From Camelus dromedarius (Eukaryota): a stretch of DNA of 64,000 bases. Within the stretch, counting starts at the first letter, position 1. Each line of letters opens with the position of its first letter. Of this stretch, positions 59,473-64,000 are shown in pieces. The DNA is taken from contig NC_087438.1 in the NCBI RefSeq assembly GCF_036321535.1, positions 99,014,001 through 99,078,000 on the forward strand, read 5' to 3'. Under the pieces are notes generated by a model. The model made no database searches and was not told where the DNA came from. It saw nothing but the letters and a program-made list of their open reading frames with translations. A program made the translations under genes and the position numbers.

Positions 59473-60639
59473 CCCTGTCCCAAAGTCGGAGGCCTGGACA
59501 GGGGATACCAGCCTCCAGTCTTCCTCCAAAGAAAAATGACCAGAGGCCTGTGATCTGGAGGCAGAGCCATCCCACAATGTCAGACAGGGCTTTCTCATTA
59601 GAGGAGAACTCCTTTATTTGCAGATGAGGAAAATAAGGCCCAGAGAGGGGACGCGGAGTGCCCTAGGCAAGTCAGTGGTACTGTTGGCCCCCGCCCTCCC
59701 ACCCACCCTGGATCTGGGTTAAAGCTCTGCCTCTGCATTATTGCACACTCCCCAGACCCCGCAGGGGCAGGGTAGAGGGGGGTGGTAGGGAGGAGGGGGC
59801 CCATGATGTGGCCTGATTCACTGTGGCATAAAGTGGGGACAGGGGCAGCTGTGGCACAAGAGGAGAGGGGAGCTGCAGATCCCACTCCCACTGGTTTCCA
59901 GAGCTGAGGTACAGGCTCGGGCCATCTTAATCCTGGTCATTCCCAGTTCCTCCTCCCCTTCCACCTATTGTCTCTGCTCAGACTTCCTTCCTGTCCCTCC
60001 AGCCCTGGCCGCCCCCACATCCTGCCTGCCTCGGTCAAGCTGCCCAGAGAGCCCTAAGCAGTACCAGCATGTGAAGTCCTAGCTCTGGGCAGAGGCTACT
60101 TGTGGAGTGAGGATGAGATGGAGAACCAGGCCAGAGAGATGAGGGACCAGAGGCCAGGGGTACTGCAGGGTCTCCACTCCCCACCACCTGCAGCCTGTTC
60201 ACACACTTGTGCGCACACAGGAGCATCCACCCTATATGGATTCCGCCATGTGAAATGACATCCCCCTACCTCTGCTTTCTTCAAGCCTTCCTTTTCTGAG
60301 CCTTCCTTTGCCCTGCCCACATCTTTGGACTTAGGTCTCTGAATCCAGCCTGACCGTGATCCTGGTCTATTACCTAGAGTTATCTTGGATTCTGTTTCCC
60401 TGAGTTTTATCTCTACTCTGCCCCTGTCACTACCCCACTCCATCTCCATTTCTTCCTCTAAATCGTTGTCCCTCTTCTTGTTCTGCTCTCTGTCATTAAG
60501 CCTCTCCTTGCCGCAGTCTCCAATTTTAACCAGATCTTCGGTTGTATGTGTGTCTCTGGTCATCTCTGACTCTAGGTTTCTGTCTCTCTGTCTCAACGGC
60601 TCTCTCCGTTTTTCTCCTGCGGGGTCCTGAACAGGCCGC

Positions 60640-61230
60640 CTCCTCTCCCCAGCATCAGTTCTGGCTTCTCTCTGCCTCTCTGCGGCCGGGCCCCCTCCCC
60701 AAGCTAGGCCCTGACTCAGAGCCCAGTTTCCCGGTGACTCAGGCCCGACCCGAGGGCACGGGACTGGGAACTAGGAGGTGCGCGGGGCAGGAGCGCGGGG
60801 GGCGGGCCGGGCAGCTCCGGGCAGCACGGGCTGCGACAAGGGAGGGGGCAAGGAGGGAGGGGGCAGAGGCCGGCAACCGGAGGGAGGGGCGGGTCGCGGC
60901 GAGGAGGGGGAGAGGGGAGGGCCGCCGAGGCGGAGCGGGCCGGGGATCCCGCGAAGGCCCTCCAAGAGATGACGGGGAGGAGTCTGGGAGGCCGGGGGCC
61001 CCGGGGCGCGGGGGTCCTCACCTCAGTACGCGGCCGCCGTCCGCTCCCCGGTGCCCGCCGCGCTGTCCGAGGCTCCGGGTCCGCTGCGCCGGCCCCGCCT
61101 CCCCTCTGCCCTCCCCCGACGGGGCCCAGCCCCGCCCCGCCCGCCGGTTCCCTCCGCGGGGCCCCGGCCACTCCTTGTGCAAGCGACGGCCTTCAAATGG
61201 TTTGGGCTCCTTACCCAACCGCTGCGCTTA
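60640..61230. promoter_or_regulatory. CpG island / ARAP3 promoter and intron 1 start
   Basis: CpG-rich; GC boxes; two TGACTCA AP-1 sites near 60712 and 60736. Confidence 0.85.
61022..61110 (-). other. ARAP3: ARAP3 non-coding exon 1 (5' end approximate)
   Basis: Donor CTGAG|GTGAGG at 61021 inside the CpG island, upstream of the first coding exon; TSS not determinable from sequence. Confidence 0.6.
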
Positions 61231-62934
61231 TCTCGGGGCTTGGCCAGCTCTGCCTCTTTAGGGGCCAAGAAAGGGGGGAGGACCGGAACAGGGTTGGAAG
61301 CCGAGACAGCTTTAGAGGGACAAAGAGGCAGAGACCAGAGGAGATGGGGACAGGGGTAGAACCTGAGAGAGAGCGCTTCGGGGGCCAGCTTTGCATTCTT
61401 CTGGCTGTTCCCTCCCTTCCAGCCAAAAGGGGAGGGAGAAGGGTAGGGTCCTGAGCTCCCAGGGCACCTCTCCCACGTGACTAGACTCTGGTACCCAGTT
61501 AATGTGGGGAACAGAAGCTGGCATCCAGAAGTCAAGGATGAGCCACAGTCTTCCAAACTGGGGACCCTTCAGGAGTCCAGTGGTCAGACCTGGGGGAAAG
61601 GTGCAGAAGCCCAGCAGAGGAGTCCTGACTACTACTCCCTCCCCTAGGGCCTGGCCCAGATTTCCTCCAGGGGATGAAGATCAGCTGGGCAACAGCTTAG
61701 GTCTCAAACCACAATATGGGGCTGCCTTTCCGAGGATAAGGCTGGTACTCTGCAGAGCGGCGACCCAGCAAGCAGCCTTCTCATCCTTCGGTGAAGCCTC
61801 TTCTTCCCAACCTACTGCAATTTTTTGTTCAGGGAGTGGAGTACCTGAGGAGAAATGACTCCTCTCCCTTCTCCTAATCATGCTGGGAACTCTAGCCTTG
61901 GAGCCTGTCCCCAGAGCCAGAGGCACTTCCCCCTCTGAGCTGGGCTGGCCTTTAGCTGTGTGTGGTGTTGGGGGTTGGGAGGGGGCACCCGCTGGCCGGC
62001 TGTGCTTTCCTGTTTGTACGAGAGGAAGTTGGCTGTGAGTCAGCAGACACAGGAACTGTCAGTAGCTAGGGGAAGACCCCTGCCTCAGGGGAAGGCAAGG
62101 GGGACGTGGGGAAGTGGTCCACACCTCTCCCAGCTGCCCCAGCTTGGAAAGGGACTGCCATTTTCAGCCTCTAGGAGCTCTTCTATCTGAGAAAGAGAAT
62201 GATAACAGTTCATACTTAAAATAGCCATGGCAATGGCTACCAATTCTGGAGAGCTGGCCATGTCCCGGGCCCGCTGCAAACACTGCTCTGTAAAGTTCCA
62301 TTAATTCTCACAATAACCCTTAAGATAGGGAATTTTATCACCTCCATTTTACATTTTTCTGGATGTTCTTTTTCTGGATGGGTAACTGAAAGGCCAGGAG
62401 AACGCTCCTCATAGACCTCCAACTATAAGGCATGAACACTGACCGAAGGATCTCAGCTGCTTCCCCCTGAAATCCATCATTTCCTACGCTAAGGCCAGCT
62501 TTCCACTGGGCGGCTCCCAGCCAGTGACCAAACCCAGCAGAGATTCTAAGGCAGGCCTATTTCTGGGAGATAAGGGGCTCCTCTGACAGCTGATGTTGAC
62601 TCGAGAACTCCCCCATAGCATCGCCGAACTCGTCTACTGCATAAGTGATCTAGGATGCTTCCTCCCAAACTTCCCTCCTTCCCTCTCTCCTTCAGAGGTC
62701 TCTCTGCTCTGGCTCACTTCCTCTCTCACAGGCCTTTCCCTGAATCAGATCCTTGCATCTTTCATCCTGCCTTGGCAGTTTCTTATTGGAGGGGAAAGAA
62801 AACCCAGTGTAGAGAGGGGAGCTGAGGCACAGGGAACTTGCAGGGATGGGTGCTGGGGAATCCTGGTCAGAGGCCAGATGCACGAATTCTGAACTTTCTT
62901 GTGTCAGGTTCCCCTTTTGCGATCTGATAAAGCC

Positions 62935-63345
62935 TATGGACTTGGTCTCAGAATGATGTCTTAAAAATGCGTAAAGTGAAAAAAGTAGGATTACAAAGGA
63001 AACCAATTAAGATTGTAATATAGTTATAAAATTACTTTAAGATATGTAGTAATATATGCGCTTTTTAATTAATGCTTTAAATAAGATCTAGCAGTAGGCT
63101 GATACCTCATATAATTTTGAAGAAGTGATGAACACAAATGATATTGCAAAATATCTGCAATATTGTAGTAGGATACAAAAAAAATATGCTTTCTATTGGT
63201 GACAAAGCCATAGTTATGGCTAATATGACTGGTTTGTTGCTACTGTCGTAACTGAAGGAAGTGCTAAATTTCAGCTAGAGTTTAGTGAAAATAACATAAT
63301 TTTTTCCCCATCCAAGTTCAGTGACTTTGAGTTAAGGACACCTGA
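62935..63345 (+). mobile_element. Charlie1-like hAT DNA transposon 3' fragment
   Basis: AAATAAGATCTAGC, TTTCTATTGGTGACAAAG, GCTAAATTTCAGCTAGAG..AGTGAAAATAA..TTTTTCCCCATCCAAGTTCA. Confidence 0.6.
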
Positions 63346-64000
63346 GTCAGAGGGTCAGGGCAGAGCCACAGAGAATGAGACCCAGCTCCCTCTCTCAGAC
63401 CCCACTTCCCTCTCTGGATCAACTCTTTGCGGCAGGTGGATCCACTGGCCCTGGGGCGGTAGCTTCCTTCTCTCTTTCTTGCTGGCTGTCCTCAGTTTCT
63501 CTAAACTCTTTCTGAGGTCTCCCTGCTCTAACTGAGTCCCATAATCTGTCACTGAGGGGACAGGGCAGACTCAGGGGATTCCTGTAGCCTGGGCACAGTG
63601 AGGCAAAGAGAACTCTAATTCTAGAGTCACTGGGAGCTGGAAGAGGGTGTGTCCCTGGGCTGTGGGCTCAGGCCAGTGAGGCGCAGGTCTTTCCTTCCCA
63701 ACCACCTCTTCCATTCTCAGCCTTCTTATGGGCAGAATCAGGCCAAGACAGAGATAAGTGAGAACAAAGGCAGGGAACAGAGGCATCCTAGGCTCCAGAA
63801 GACAGAGGCTGAAGCCCCAAGCTTGGGGACCATGGATCTTTCCCTGAACTCACTCCACGGCGCTGCAGTCCAGGAATCCAGGGGTTGAGGCTGTCCTCTG
63901 CCCTCCTCCAGGCCTCCGGGAGAGCACTGAACAGGTCTGGTGTGAGGGCACAGGTGCACATGGAGTAAACAAACGGCAGCCCGGGCCCCTCATGGAGGGG

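Noticed and set aside
60542-61556. Overlapping 150-240 aa ORFs at the ARAP3 promoter
   Set aside because: Present in several frames at once, low complexity, typical of CpG islands

Overview
Mammalian genomic DNA, most likely camelid (alpaca/camel): it carries several tRNA-Ala(AGC)-derived SINEs, and I saw no Alu, B1, Bov-tA, PRE1, SINEC, ERE or CHR-2. It is the synteny block DIAPH1(-, exon 1 only) - HDAC3(-) - RELL2(+) - FCHSD1(-) - ARAP3(-), orthologous to human 5q31.3. I traced every visible coding exon by hand from splice signals and frame. Summed CDS lengths give HDAC3 428 aa, RELL2 321 aa, FCHSD1 692 aa and ARAP3 1544 aa; for HDAC3, FCHSD1 and ARAP3 these totals use inferred lengths for exons partly hidden by N. 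Four N blocks (140,140,148,148 nt) each cover most or part of one coding exon plus one of its splice sites. Introns are filled with old L1, L2, MIR, hAT/Tigger MITEs and one ERV1 solo LTR. I found no evidence for a new protein-coding system; the long unexplained ORFs are GC-rich or antisense by-products. The best candidate for something undescribed is a cluster in HDAC3 intron 3: a 101-nt near-perfect four-way-junction fold (19801-19901), flanked by a 15-bp x4 array and a + strand exon-like hairpin element. Other leads: recursive-splice-like exons and a GC-AG intron in FCHSD1, an 18-bp coding repeat expansion in RELL2, RELL2/FCHSD1 antisense overlap, a SINE copy with an almost intact tRNA-Ala cloverleaf, and a FOX:ETS/AP-1 cluster upstream of ARAP3. 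Human protein lengths and repeat-family names are from memory, not from a search.
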